The notes under the pieces: model-generated
Database searches by the model: none
Seen by the model: only the letters and a program-made list of their open reading frames with translations
Told to the model about the DNA's origin: nothing
Assembly (NCBI GenBank): GCA_030587475.2
Contig: JAUQYZ020000035.1
Location: 1 to 64,000, forward strand
Direction: 5' to 3'
From: Candidatus Sigynarchaeum calidifontis
Lineage (GTDB): Archaea > Asgardarchaeota > Lokiarchaeia > Sigyniarchaeales > Sigyniarchaeaceae
DNA length: 64,000 nucleotides
Part shown: positions 9,091 to 21,006 of the stretch, piece after piece
How positions within the stretch are numbered: position 1 is the stretch's first letter
How the letters are laid out: every line of letters begins with the position of its first letter
Position numbers and translations under genes: made by a program

Positions 9091-10383
9091 TCAAGAATAT
9101 TTTGCCCGGAAATGCCTCTTGATCATGTCGATCTTGTTCTTCGCCGCATCGAGCTTTCGCTTTGCGGTGAGGATGTCATCATGTAACAAAAACGGATACC
9201 TCACGAGAAAAGCCCTGTCCTCTTGCATGAACACGCCTTTGTCCAAATGCTCGAGAACCCGAGCGATGGCATCGTAATCGCGGTCTGCTGCGGATTCCCA
9301 CAGCACCTCCTTGAACGGGTCGTCGACGAGCTGCTGGATCCCGCTGGCAATATTCGATTGGTTCCCGCCAGGAACTAGAACTGGCGATTGGGCTTGTGGT
9401 GGCACCCGCTGCTCGGGTTCGTCGCCAGGTTTGTTGGCCCTTTGTGTCGTGAATCTGCTCGAGGGCGGTATGAACTCGTCTAGATCGTTGTCGCCGTGTA
9501 TTGCATCTAGCAAGAACTTGGCGGATACCTCCTTTAACTCCTTGGCTTGCTTCTGAAGCATTGCGTACTTGGCGAAAGCCTCGATATCTGCCCATGTCCA
9601 CCCTTCCATCTCGCCGGTAACGAGCGAGAAATCGATCATTCCATCGGGCGAGATTAAATGCTTGAGGTAGAGCTCCCTCTCCTCCCGCTTGGGCAAGTCG
9701 ATATCGACTGTGAAATCAACCGTGTTGAGATAGCGCGGCTCTATTGCCCGCGGATTGTCCGTCACGATTATAAGGACGAGCTTGTCCCTTTGAAAGATGC
9801 GATTGACGATGAATTGAGAGAACCGGAGGATAAATGTTGCTGCCGACGAGCTTTCCTTGATCTTAAACGACCGTGACAAGAACGTCTCTGCGTTATGCAA
9901 GAAGACTGCAGAAGGAACGTTGATACGCAAAAAATCAAAGAAATCATCCATTGACAATGCGAATTCCTTGAAATCTACGAGAATCTTGTCCATATCCACC
10001 TCAAACATCGGAAATTCCTTGGAAGTATCCGGCAACTTCAATTCTCTCGTTGAGACATCGATCCCGTGGTGATTCTTGTTAACAATAACGTTCCCGTGGT
10101 ATACAATATTTTTATCGTCCCTGGCTCCGCTTTTCACGAGAAGCGCACTGTAAAAAGCAATTATCTTGGCGAGCTCTTTTGCGAAAGCTAGCTCCTGCAA
10201 AGTTGACGGTCCTTTCTCGCTTCCGACGATGTCTCGAGCTTGAATGCGCGAGATGTACGACGAGACGGGCGATCCCTTCTCTGCTTGAGGGAGTGCCATC
10301 GCGGGCTTTTCCATCTTGGCCATACCCTCGCCCGCTGTGGCCTTTCTAGGCTCATCCATTTTTCTTGCTTCCCATCCTCTCAT
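9091..10383 (-). CDS. Degenerate (probably inactive) classic-clade AAA+ protein
   Basis: AAA lid DLPKREERELYL...DFSLVTGEMEGWTWADIEAFAKYA retained; Walker A/B positions read NKNHHGID and AVFLHN. Confidence 0.65.
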   Translation of the reverse strand: MRGWEARKMDEPRKATAGEGMAKMEKPAMALPQAEKGSPVSSYISRIQARDIVGSEKGPSTLQELAFAKELAKIIAFYSALLVKSGARDDKNIVYHGNVIVNKNHHGIDVSTRELKLPDTSKEFPMFEVDMDKILVDFKEFALSMDDFFDFLRINVPSAVFLHNAETFLSRSFKIKESSSAATFILRFSQFIVNRIFQRDKLVLIIVTDNPRAIEPRYLNTVDFTVDIDLPKREERELYLKHLISPDGMIDFSLVTGEMEGWTWADIEAFAKYAMLQKQAKELKEVSAKFLLDAIHGDNDLDEFIPPSSRFTTQRANKPGDEPEQRVPPQAQSPVLVPGGNQSNIASGIQQLVDDPFKEVLWESAADRDYDAIARVLEHLDKGVFMQEDRAFLVRYPFLLHDDILTAKRKLDAAKNKIDMIKRHFRAKYS

Positions 10384-10519
10384 ACGGAAGCGATCTTATA
10401 TACCTTCATGGTTTAACACGCCTGGCGTTATTGTATATTAAATCCCCGTGCCTTTCATAGTAGCATCAGTGCACGGAATTTCTGGAACGTTTAATGACAA
10501 AATATCATCGTGACATATC

Positions 10520-11782
10520 ATGGGCAAGCTAGCAAGGGATGTTGCGATCGTAGGCGCCGGCATATCGCATTTCGGCGCATTTCCCGACAAGCAAAATCCC
10601 GACCTTTGGGCAGAGGCATTCTTGGATTGCGTGAAAAGCGTCGATAAAGGCATCGACGTGCGAAAGGACATCGATGGTGGATTGTTTTTGGGTAATTTCA
10701 CAGCGGACCTCTTCACGGGTCAAGGCCATCTGGGGCCGATAATGGCCGACCTCGTCGGACTCACCCCGAAGGGCGCCACGAGGTTCGAGGGCGCGTGCGC
10801 GAGCAGCGGCCTTGCATTCCGCCACGCCGTGCTCGCGGTAGCCAGTGGCGTTGCGGACGTGGTGTGCGTTGGTGGCGTGGAAAAGATGACGTCGCTACCG
10901 ACGGCGGGCGTGACGGAGGCACTCGCGGCGGCATCAGACACTATATACGAAGCGCGCGTGGGTGCCACCTTTCCGGGCCTCTATGCGAACGTGGCCTCGG
11001 CGCATTTTCACAAGTACGGCACGACTAGCGAAGATTTATTCCGCGTGGCGATCAAGAACCACGAGAACGGGAAGCTAAACCCGAAAGCACAGATGCAGCA
11101 GACCATCAAGGACATCATGAACTCGAAGATCGAGAAGGCGAGAAAATCCGGGGGAGACGTGCCAACGTGGAAGGATGAATTCGATTTCTTGAGGAGCCCG
11201 TCGAATATGATGGTGGCATACCCGCTGCGGCTTTTCGATTGTAGCTTGATAACAGACGGCGCTGCTTGCTTGTTCCTGGCAGCCAAGGAGGTCGCTAATA
11301 AATTCACCGACACGCCGGTGCTCGTCGCGGGCACGGGTCAAGGCAATTCGAGCATGGCACTGCACGAGCGGGGCGAATACACGACCTTCATCGCGGCCCG
11401 CACGGCCGCGGAGCAAGCGTACAAGATGTCCGGGCTTAAACCAAAAGACATCAAGATTGCCGAGGTGCACGATTGTTTCACGATTGCCGAGCTGGTCGCA
11501 ATGGAGGACCTCGGCTTCGCGCAACCAGGCAAGGCCGCGGAACTCGTGAAAAATGGAGAGACCAAGATAAACGGTTCAATTCCAATAAACACGGACGGCG
11601 GTTTGAAAGCCAAGGGTCATCCAGTCGGTGCGACGGGTGCTGCACAAGTCGTCGAGATATTCAAGCAGCTAAGAGGCAAGGCAGACAAGCGCCAGGTCAA
11701 GGGCAATCCCGAGGTCGGCCTTGCGCACAATCTCGGCGGATCCGGTGGAACGTGCGTCGTGCACGTGTTCAAACGTATGTGA
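10520..11782 (+). CDS. Thiolase (archaeal/SCP-x type acetyl-CoA acyltransferase)
   Basis: EGACASSG, DCSLITDGAA, EVHDCF, KGHPVGATG. Confidence 0.93.
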   Translation: MGKLARDVAIVGAGISHFGAFPDKQNPDLWAEAFLDCVKSVDKGIDVRKDIDGGLFLGNFTADLFTGQGHLGPIMADLVGLTPKGATRFEGACASSGLAFRHAVLAVASGVADVVCVGGVEKMTSLPTAGVTEALAAASDTIYEARVGATFPGLYANVASAHFHKYGTTSEDLFRVAIKNHENGKLNPKAQMQQTIKDIMNSKIEKARKSGGDVPTWKDEFDFLRSPSNMMVAYPLRLFDCSLITDGAACLFLAAKEVANKFTDTPVLVAGTGQGNSSMALHERGEYTTFIAARTAAEQAYKMSGLKPKDIKIAEVHDCFTIAELVAMEDLGFAQPGKAAELVKNGETKINGSIPINTDGGLKAKGHPVGATGAAQVVEIFKQLRGKADKRQVKGNPEVGLAHNLGGSGGTCVVHVFKRM

Positions 11783-11797
11783 CAGAGGGAGGAAAAC

Positions 11798-12220
11798 ATG
11801 TCAAGCCAAAAACCAATCTTGCAGGAAAATTACCTCGCCTTCCTCAAGGAAAAGAAGCTCATGGGTTCCAAGTGCAAGAAATGCGGGCACGTCAACTTAC
11901 CCCCCCGTCCCATCTGTAGTAAATGCTTGTCAAGCGAGGTTGACTGGATCGACTTGACAAACCAGAAGGGAACCTTGGAAACGTTCAGCTGCGTGTCGGT
12001 CGTCACGAGGAAGTTCGAGGAACGTGGGTACAGTGCAAAAAACCCTTATGCATTCGGCGTGGTAAAGCTGGATAACGGCTCGTCGATCATGGGCCTGCTT
12101 CAAGGCGTCGATCCGAAAAAGCCCGAGACCATCAAGATCGGGATGAAATTAAAGCTCAAGTTCATCGAATCGCAGACCCCCGCCGGCTTGCAAGTCGATG
12201 TGGGATTTGAACCATTGTGA
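11798..12220 (+). CDS. DUF35 Zn-ribbon/OB-fold thiolase partner
   Basis: KCKKCG...PPRPICSKC followed by OB fold; adjacent to thiolase. Confidence 0.9.
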   Translation: MSSQKPILQENYLAFLKEKKLMGSKCKKCGHVNLPPRPICSKCLSSEVDWIDLTNQKGTLETFSCVSVVTRKFEERGYSAKNPYAFGVVKLDNGSSIMGLLQGVDPKKPETIKIGMKLKLKFIESQTPAGLQVDVGFEPL

Positions 12221-12336
12221 TTCGCAATTTCTATCTCCTTTTTTCTCCGCAGCGCTTGGTTTTATGATAATACTAAGCTCGGGCAAAACCGGAAAAAACG
12301 AGAGATCAAGAAAGAAGCTCGAAAAAAAGAAACGAC

Positions 12337-12549
12337 CTATTCAGAGAACCTAGGAGCCGCCGCGCGCTTTGCCTTGATGGCACCGAGGCTATCGGGTTGT
12401 CCTGCGAAATTGCTGGACAGCACGCGCTGCGTGAAATGCTTGAAATTGCGCACGCGAGGGATTTTCTTCTGGACCGCGTGGGATTCCACCTTGGGCGTTT
12501 GACCGCGGACCTTTCCTGCTTTTGTAAGGGATCCGTGACTGCCGGGCAT
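12337..12549 (-). CDS. rps30e: 30S ribosomal protein S30e
   Basis: HGSLTKAGKVRGQTPKV. Confidence 0.93.
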   Translation of the reverse strand: MPGSHGSLTKAGKVRGQTPKVESHAVQKKIPRVRNFKHFTQRVLSSNFAGQPDSLGAIKAKRAAAPRFSE

Positions 12550-12596
12550 GACGTGTCACTTTTTCTGGTATGTCAATTCATGGATGGTGAGATTTA

Positions 12597-13217
12597 TTAT
12601 TTTCGGGTTTGGCCTGTCATTTGGGCATTATCGGTCGCATGGGTAGCGGAGAGCAGCTTCGGGCGGATCCATTTGTTGTACACGTATAAGTAGATGGCGG
12701 TAAGGGGGATGCCCAGCGGGTAGGCGATCCAGAAGTCGGGCATCCCGATGAACCGATACCCGTCCATCGTATAGCTCCACGCGACGAGGATCATCGTGAT
12801 GATCGCGAACTTTTTCCAGTCGACCGCGATCTTCTTCTCGCCCATGATGAGAAACACGAGCGGGATGGGTACCCCGTGCATGACCACGTGGATCCACCAC
12901 GGGGCAACTTTGGAAAACGGGTCCGGATTGGTTATCAAATACGTGTAATCCGCGGCGACGCCGTATTGCGCCACCCACAATGCTTGACGGGCAAGTAGGT
13001 ACACGCTCACGATCAAGTACGAGACGGTAAATAAGTTCAAGTAGTAATTGCGTAACTTTGCCAGCATACCAGCTGCCATGACTGCGAATGAAAAGCACGA
13101 GAAATACAGCATAAAACGCCAGTCGTAGATGAAAACGGCAACCAACCATATATACATGGCGATGCCAATTAACTGGTATATTTTTTCCTTCTTTTTCGTT
13201 TCCATAGGTTGCCCCAC
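12597..13217 (-). CDS. Multi-pass membrane protein
   Basis: About six hydrophobic helices; abuts coaBC. Confidence 0.7.
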   Translation of the reverse strand: MGQPMETKKKEKIYQLIGIAMYIWLVAVFIYDWRFMLYFSCFSFAVMAAGMLAKLRNYYLNLFTVSYLIVSVYLLARQALWVAQYGVAADYTYLITNPDPFSKVAPWWIHVVMHGVPIPLVFLIMGEKKIAVDWKKFAIITMILVAWSYTMDGYRFIGMPDFWIAYPLGIPLTAIYLYVYNKWIRPKLLSATHATDNAQMTGQTRK

Positions 13218-14513
13218 TCATTTCCCCTTTTTCTTGTCGAATTCTTTACCGCGATAGGTCTCTATGACCTTGTCGATGAGCTTGACCGCGATCAACCGTT
13301 TAGTCTGCAATGGCTCGTGGAACACGTTTTTCTCCTTGTCGATGATGTAGACCTCGTTCGTCGACGAGTCGAATCCCGTGTCGGGACGGCCCACGTCGTT
13401 GGCAACGATGAGGTCAGCGTCTGACGACTTGAGGGCAGCGTAGGCTTTCTCGATCATCTCGTCCGGCGTCTTGGGCACTTCTGCCTTGAACGCGACGATG
13501 AAAATATCTGGCTGGGCCTTTCTGACCTCCTTAATGATCTTGGGGTTCGGGACGAGCTTCACGACGAGTTCGTTTTGTGACGACACTTTCTCGTCGAATA
13601 CCTCTGCCGGGCGGAAATCTGAAACCGCTGCCGCGCTGATGAAGAATTGATATTTGCATTCCTTGAGCTCCTTCATTGTAGCATCGAGTAACTCTTTCGT
13701 TGACGTGACTTCGATCGTTCGCACGTTGTTGCTGAGCGGCGAGTCGGGAACCCCTTTCGTGTGGATGATGGTCACGGTGCCCCCGCGGGCAACAATTTCT
13801 TCAGCGATGGCCATGCCCATCTTTCCCGAGCTCGGGTTGCTGATAAACCGTACCCGGTCGATGTACTCCCGCGTGGCCCCCACGGTGAGCAAGAACTTGT
13901 GATTTTTCAATTCAGGGTTCTGGATGATGATGTCACGGCAGCGGCCGACGATCTCGTCGATCTTGGCTATCTTCGCCTTGCCCTCGGATATGCGGGGACC
14001 GACGAACTCGACGCCCAAGCGCTTGAGCTTGAGGATGTTTTCCTCGAGGATGGGATGGTGGTACATCTGCTCGTGCATGGCTGGCACGATGACGATAGGT
14101 ATACCCGAGCCAAATGCAGTCGTAACCACGGTCGTGACTGGCGTGTCGTCGATCCCAGCAGCGATCTTGGAGATCGTGTTGGCAGTCGCGGGGCACACGA
14201 GAACGATATCTGCCGTTTTCGCCCTGTTACCGGCAATTTGCACGTGTTCCACGGCGCCCGTGAGGGTCGTGATGCACGGGTTGCCCGTCGCCCAGTACAT
14301 GAGCGACGGGTCGATAAGCTGGGTTGCTGCCTTTGTCATGACACACACGACTTCCGCGCCGAGTCTCATGAACTCGCGCGCGATGATCGGCGCTGTCATG
14401 ACTGCTACCGAGCCGGTCAAGCACATGCAAATCGTCTTGCCCTTGAGTATCGAGGACGTGCTGGCCATGATGTCCTTGCTGGGATGCGGTCCGAACATGG
14501 AGTATATCGCCAT
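13218..14513 (-). CDS. coaBC: Phosphopantothenoylcysteine decarboxylase/ligase
   Basis: [57 protein letters not shown]. Confidence 0.95.
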   Translation of the reverse strand: MAIYSMFGPHPSKDIMASTSSILKGKTICMCLTGSVAVMTAPIIAREFMRLGAEVVCVMTKAATQLIDPSLMYWATGNPCITTLTGAVEHVQIAGNRAKTADIVLVCPATANTISKIAAGIDDTPVTTVVTTAFGSGIPIVIVPAMHEQMYHHPILEENILKLKRLGVEFVGPRISEGKAKIAKIDEIVGRCRDIIIQNPELKNHKFLLTVGATREYIDRVRFISNPSSGKMGMAIAEEIVARGGTVTIIHTKGVPDSPLSNNVRTIEVTSTKELLDATMKELKECKYQFFISAAAVSDFRPAEVFDEKVSSQNELVVKLVPNPKIIKEVRKAQPDIFIVAFKAEVPKTPDEMIEKAYAALKSSDADLIVANDVGRPDTGFDSSTNEVYIIDKEKNVFHEPLQTKRLIAVKLIDKVIETYRGKEFDKKKGK

Positions 14514-14582
14514 CGTGGTGGAATGTAATCGTGCCTTGTTCGTGTTACTAGCATATATAGAGCTTTATAACAATGCGCCTGG

Positions 14583-17357
<2,775 letters not shown>

Positions 17358-17796
17358 CTTTTATGATCCCGATAGATGGCGCGATTCTTTTGACCTTTTA
17401 CATGGTGAACATTACAAAACGTACAAAAATCACCGATGATTCCTTCCAAGATAAAACGTGGTGACTTTTATCTACATATGGATCGTTGTTTCATGCAAGA
17501 TCGGATCGTCTGCTTCTTGAAAGCAACATTTAGCATAAAAAATCGATTATCACGCGTGAATTATGGAAAGCTGGGATATAACACGCCACGGTACCATTTC
17601 TCGAAAATCGAGTAGACCTATAGAGGGAAACAGACGCGATGACGGGGCTCGGAGCCAAATTCGCCACTAAATTTTTTAACACTCCAAGCAAGCTAGGATC
17701 ATCGCAATTGGAGCATTCACCGAGGAGAGAAAATAACGACCACGAGCCGAGTGCTCCAAGAACGCATCAGCGATATTCCATAATTGGTGAAAAAAA

Positions 17797-18195
17797 ATGG
17801 ACAAGGCTCAACTCGCAGAAAAAATCGAGAATGGAGAATTCGGCATCGATGACGTGCTCGAGTTTTTCAAGGTGTTGGCAGACATTGCGAACAATAGCGA
17901 AGAAATCCAGGACGAGATTGAAGGCTGGGATCGCGTCTTGCTCTTCAACGTCACGAATGGCCCCAAAGTGACCTTGAACGTCAAGGATGGGAAATTCGAG
18001 GTACTAGACGGGGAGCAAGGTACCCCTGATATCACCCTTTCCATGAACAGCGACGTCGCCGTCGGTGTCCTCTCGGGCGAAACAGACGCGACGAGCGCGT
18101 ACATGGCTGGTGACCTCAAGGTCACTGGTCCCCTTCCTGATGCCATCAAGTTCCGGACGCTCACCGAACTGGTACGCGAGGAACTCGAAGGCTAA
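17797..18195 (+). CDS. SCP2 sterol-carrier domain protein
   Basis: PDITLSM...SGETDATSAYMAGDLKVTG. Confidence 0.85.
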   Translation: MDKAQLAEKIENGEFGIDDVLEFFKVLADIANNSEEIQDEIEGWDRVLLFNVTNGPKVTLNVKDGKFEVLDGEQGTPDITLSMNSDVAVGVLSGETDATSAYMAGDLKVTGPLPDAIKFRTLTELVREELEG

Positions 18196-18429
18196 GTTAA
18201 TCTGCTCATGTCGGTTTTGTAATCCTTTCTTTTTCTCCACAAAAAAGACTGTCCAATTATAGAAGGCAATCATGACGTCGATTGCATCCTATTTTTCCGG
18301 TCTGACGATCATCTGGTCTCGCGGACGTCATGCCCGTGCCAAGACCGAGGTCTTTCCGTAAAACAGATATAGCTGCGCCCGGGATGTTTCTCTCGAACCA
18401 ATCCGGCCAGGCATGTTGCCTTATCGGGC

Positions 18430-18915
18430 GTGCACGTGATGCTGAATATCAAAGACTTACTAGAGCAAAAAAAGAAATTGGGGATTTTTCTTGCGTTTAG
18501 CCTTATCGGGCTGGTCACGCTCGGCATATCGTTGATCCCTTCTATGAATTATCTTACTGGCGAAAACATGTCGGAGCAAGTAGGCTTTCTCATCCCCGCG
18601 GTGTATATCGTGCTCTACGTATTGCTTGCAGCCGGAGTGCTGGTCAGCCTCTTCTTGCTGAGCGTCATCAGCAAGAAACTCTATGTGGTTAAGAATATCG
18701 ACGATAGCATCAAGGGCATCAAGAAAGGGCGCAGTTTCGTGACCGAAAAGGTGCTTCCAAAGCGTGAGGAACTCTTGCAAGCCCATTACGCGGAGCGGAT
18801 CAAAGAAACGGGTATACCTGCCGGACGGCTCAAAATGTTCGACGGTATGAGCCAGGCCGAGCACGACGAAATCCTTGGCTTCAACATTGAGAAAGATCTC
18901 GGGAAAAAACCTTGA
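18430..18915 (+). CDS. Two-TM membrane hypothetical protein
   Basis: Two hydrophobic segments followed by a soluble tail. Confidence 0.6.
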   Translation: MHVMLNIKDLLEQKKKLGIFLAFSLIGLVTLGISLIPSMNYLTGENMSEQVGFLIPAVYIVLYVLLAAGVLVSLFLLSVISKKLYVVKNIDDSIKGIKKGRSFVTEKVLPKREELLQAHYAERIKETGIPAGRLKMFDGMSQAEHDEILGFNIEKDLGKKP

Positions 18916-18936
18916 TTTCAAAATGCAATTAACCAT

Positions 18937-19113
18937 TCACGCGTGGAGTCGGGCCACCAAGCTGCGCTTGTAATTGGCCAGGATCTTGCTCCACTGGTTG
19001 GCGAGTTCTGGCATGTTTCTCTGGTTGAAATTATTGATCGACTTTTCAAATAGCGAGATCACGCGCTTGGCATTCCTGATCATCGCAGCTTGCGGGGTTG
19101 ATTGTGGGATCAT
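18937..19113 (-). CDS. Small 58-aa helical hypothetical protein
   Basis: MIPQSTPQAAMIRNAKRVISLFEKSINNFNQRNMPELANQWSKILANYKRSLVARLHA; AAGGTG upstream; below the ORF-track cutoff. Confidence 0.45.
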   Translation of the reverse strand: MIPQSTPQAAMIRNAKRVISLFEKSINNFNQRNMPELANQWSKILANYKRSLVARLHA

Positions 19114-19182
19114 GTCCGGGCACCTTGCGTTGCCTAGACTAGCCCGCAGTCGGTTTTTGAGGCCGGTATCATCGAGATAATA

Positions 19183-20475
19183 TCAAACCGGGCCAAGACG
19201 TGTCGATGTGGATGCCGATGTGGTGATATTGAGCGGCCGGCCACGTGTCCAGGTCTCCACGATGAATTGTCTCATGAAGAGGTCGATCGCTTCGGGATTT
19301 TCGGTGATCATGCCGAAAGGCTCCGTTTTGGAATTCACGCCAATGAATACAATCCCGCGATCGACGTTTATACCATACCGGTCATCGAGGTTGAAAGCAC
19401 GAATCTCGACCCTGTATTTTTTTTGGAGTTCCTCTGCGATTTGGACATCCTCCTTGGATGCCACGTCGAGCTTGACGGCTCCCGTGACCTTCACGGATGG
19501 CTTGACCCTCTTGAAGTCGAGTAGCTGAAGTTCTTTGAGGGTCGGGACGACGAACATGACGTTGTGAAGTGCTTTTTCGAGCAATTCGTTGAATTTATTG
19601 ATAATAGCATCTCTGCCGAGAACAAGTCGCATCGAAGTGCTATTGAGTTTTGATTCTAAAGATTTCTTGGATTCTATCTCGGCTACGAGTTTGTCCTTGA
19701 GCGTCGCCATCTCATCCTTGACAGCGAGCATTTTTTTCTCATGTTCTTTTATTTCCTCATCTTTCTTCGAGAGTTCTTCCTTGATCCGTGCGGTATTCGC
19801 TCGCTCCGCCTCGATTTCTAGTTGTGATTGTTTTTTTACCTCATCGAGCTTGGCTTGCGACTCCTTCGACAATTCTTCGAGTTTTTTCTGTAGTTCGGCC
19901 TTTTCCGCATTCGTTACCTTCAGTGCCTCGTTCAATTTCTCGATTTCCTTCTGAAACCCTTCTGCCTTCCGCTGCTGGACCATTACATCTTGCTTGGCCC
20001 TTGCGATGGTTTCTTCGACCAGGTCGTATTTTGCCTTCCAGCGTGCAGACTCCAAGTCCTTGTTTTTCGATTCCGTGGTGAGAGCTTCGACGCGGGCACG
20101 GAGCATTTCGAGTTCCGTGTCTTTATTCTTGATGATCTCGCCGACCTCCGCCAGATGCACTTGTATCTCCCTGAATGACGAGTTAAAATTGGCAATTTCG
20201 CTATCCTTTGCTGCTATCGTCTGCCGCGCTTGCTCTAGCGCTTGCAATAACTGGTAGTTCTCTTGTTGCAGCATTGCAGCCGCAGCATCCGGGGTATACG
20301 CGGCTTGAAGCGGCGCGACTTGCGGTGCAGCAGCTTGAGGCACCACTTGAACTGCCGGCGGCTCGGGTGGCGGCCTTCCTTTCATCCCCCTAGTTATTTC
20401 CTCGATGCTTGGTGGGGGCGGTGGGGGTGGCGTCAATGCGAACTTTGGCTTGTTTTTTTCCTGGTCGTTGCTCAT
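19183..20475 (-). CDS. Polyproline + coiled-coil + TrmB/PLD-like C-terminal domain protein
   Basis: PPPPPPP near the N-terminus, long heptads, C-terminal GRDAIINKFNELLEKA...VDRGIVFIG...ETW. Confidence 0.7.
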   Translation of the reverse strand: MSNDQEKNKPKFALTPPPPPPPSIEEITRGMKGRPPPEPPAVQVVPQAAAPQVAPLQAAYTPDAAAAMLQQENYQLLQALEQARQTIAAKDSEIANFNSSFREIQVHLAEVGEIIKNKDTELEMLRARVEALTTESKNKDLESARWKAKYDLVEETIARAKQDVMVQQRKAEGFQKEIEKLNEALKVTNAEKAELQKKLEELSKESQAKLDEVKKQSQLEIEAERANTARIKEELSKKDEEIKEHEKKMLAVKDEMATLKDKLVAEIESKKSLESKLNSTSMRLVLGRDAIINKFNELLEKALHNVMFVVPTLKELQLLDFKRVKPSVKVTGAVKLDVASKEDVQIAEELQKKYRVEIRAFNLDDRYGINVDRGIVFIGVNSKTEPFGMITENPEAIDLFMRQFIVETWTRGRPLNITTSASTSTRLGPV

Positions 20476-20781
20476 CGGCGTTCAAACCCTATCGTAAAGT
20501 CTGATAATTGCATTTTAACAATTATCTAATATATAGCATTCGGCCGGTCTGGGCGGGTTTCGAGGGGCGAAGATGGTGGTATGGCGCAAATGTAAAGTCG
20601 GGTTTTTTTGTCAGTATCCAGAACGTGATGTTCGGAACATTTTGTAATGGGTCGATCACAAAGTCTTTTTAAAACACATGCTTAACTCACTTCTATTATC
20701 AGCAGTTGAGCGACAATCGCCATTGTCGACTGAACGGCGAAAATCACGAAATCCCACAACTATATGGAGCAGAATATCAAA

Positions 20782-20964
20782 ATGGCTAATAAAAAATGTG
20801 AATGTCCAGCTTGTTTCTTCGAGTGGTCAAATGAAGACGAAGTCATGGAAGGCGAAGTAATTACTTGCCCCGATTGCGGCGTGGATCTTGAGGTCGCTGG
20901 AATTGACGGCGACAAGCTAAAATTGGAAAAGATGGACTCGTCCGACGAAGATTGGGGCGAGTAA
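20782..20964 (+). CDS. lysW: Amino-group carrier protein LysW
   Basis: CPAC...CPDCG and C-terminal EDWGE. Confidence 0.95.
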   Translation: MANKKCECPACFFEWSNEDEVMEGEVITCPDCGVDLEVAGIDGDKLKLEKMDSSDEDWGE

Positions 20965-21006
20965 ATCGATAATGCAAAATCCTATTCTTTTTTCAGGCGA
21001 ATTGAT

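Noticed and set aside
4302-10383. Interpretation as Wadjet/MksBEFG or Rad50-Mre11
   Set aside because: No JetD/Toprim or Mre11 nuclease, no CxxC zinc hook, a true hinge is present, and gene sizes and order differ from jetABCD.
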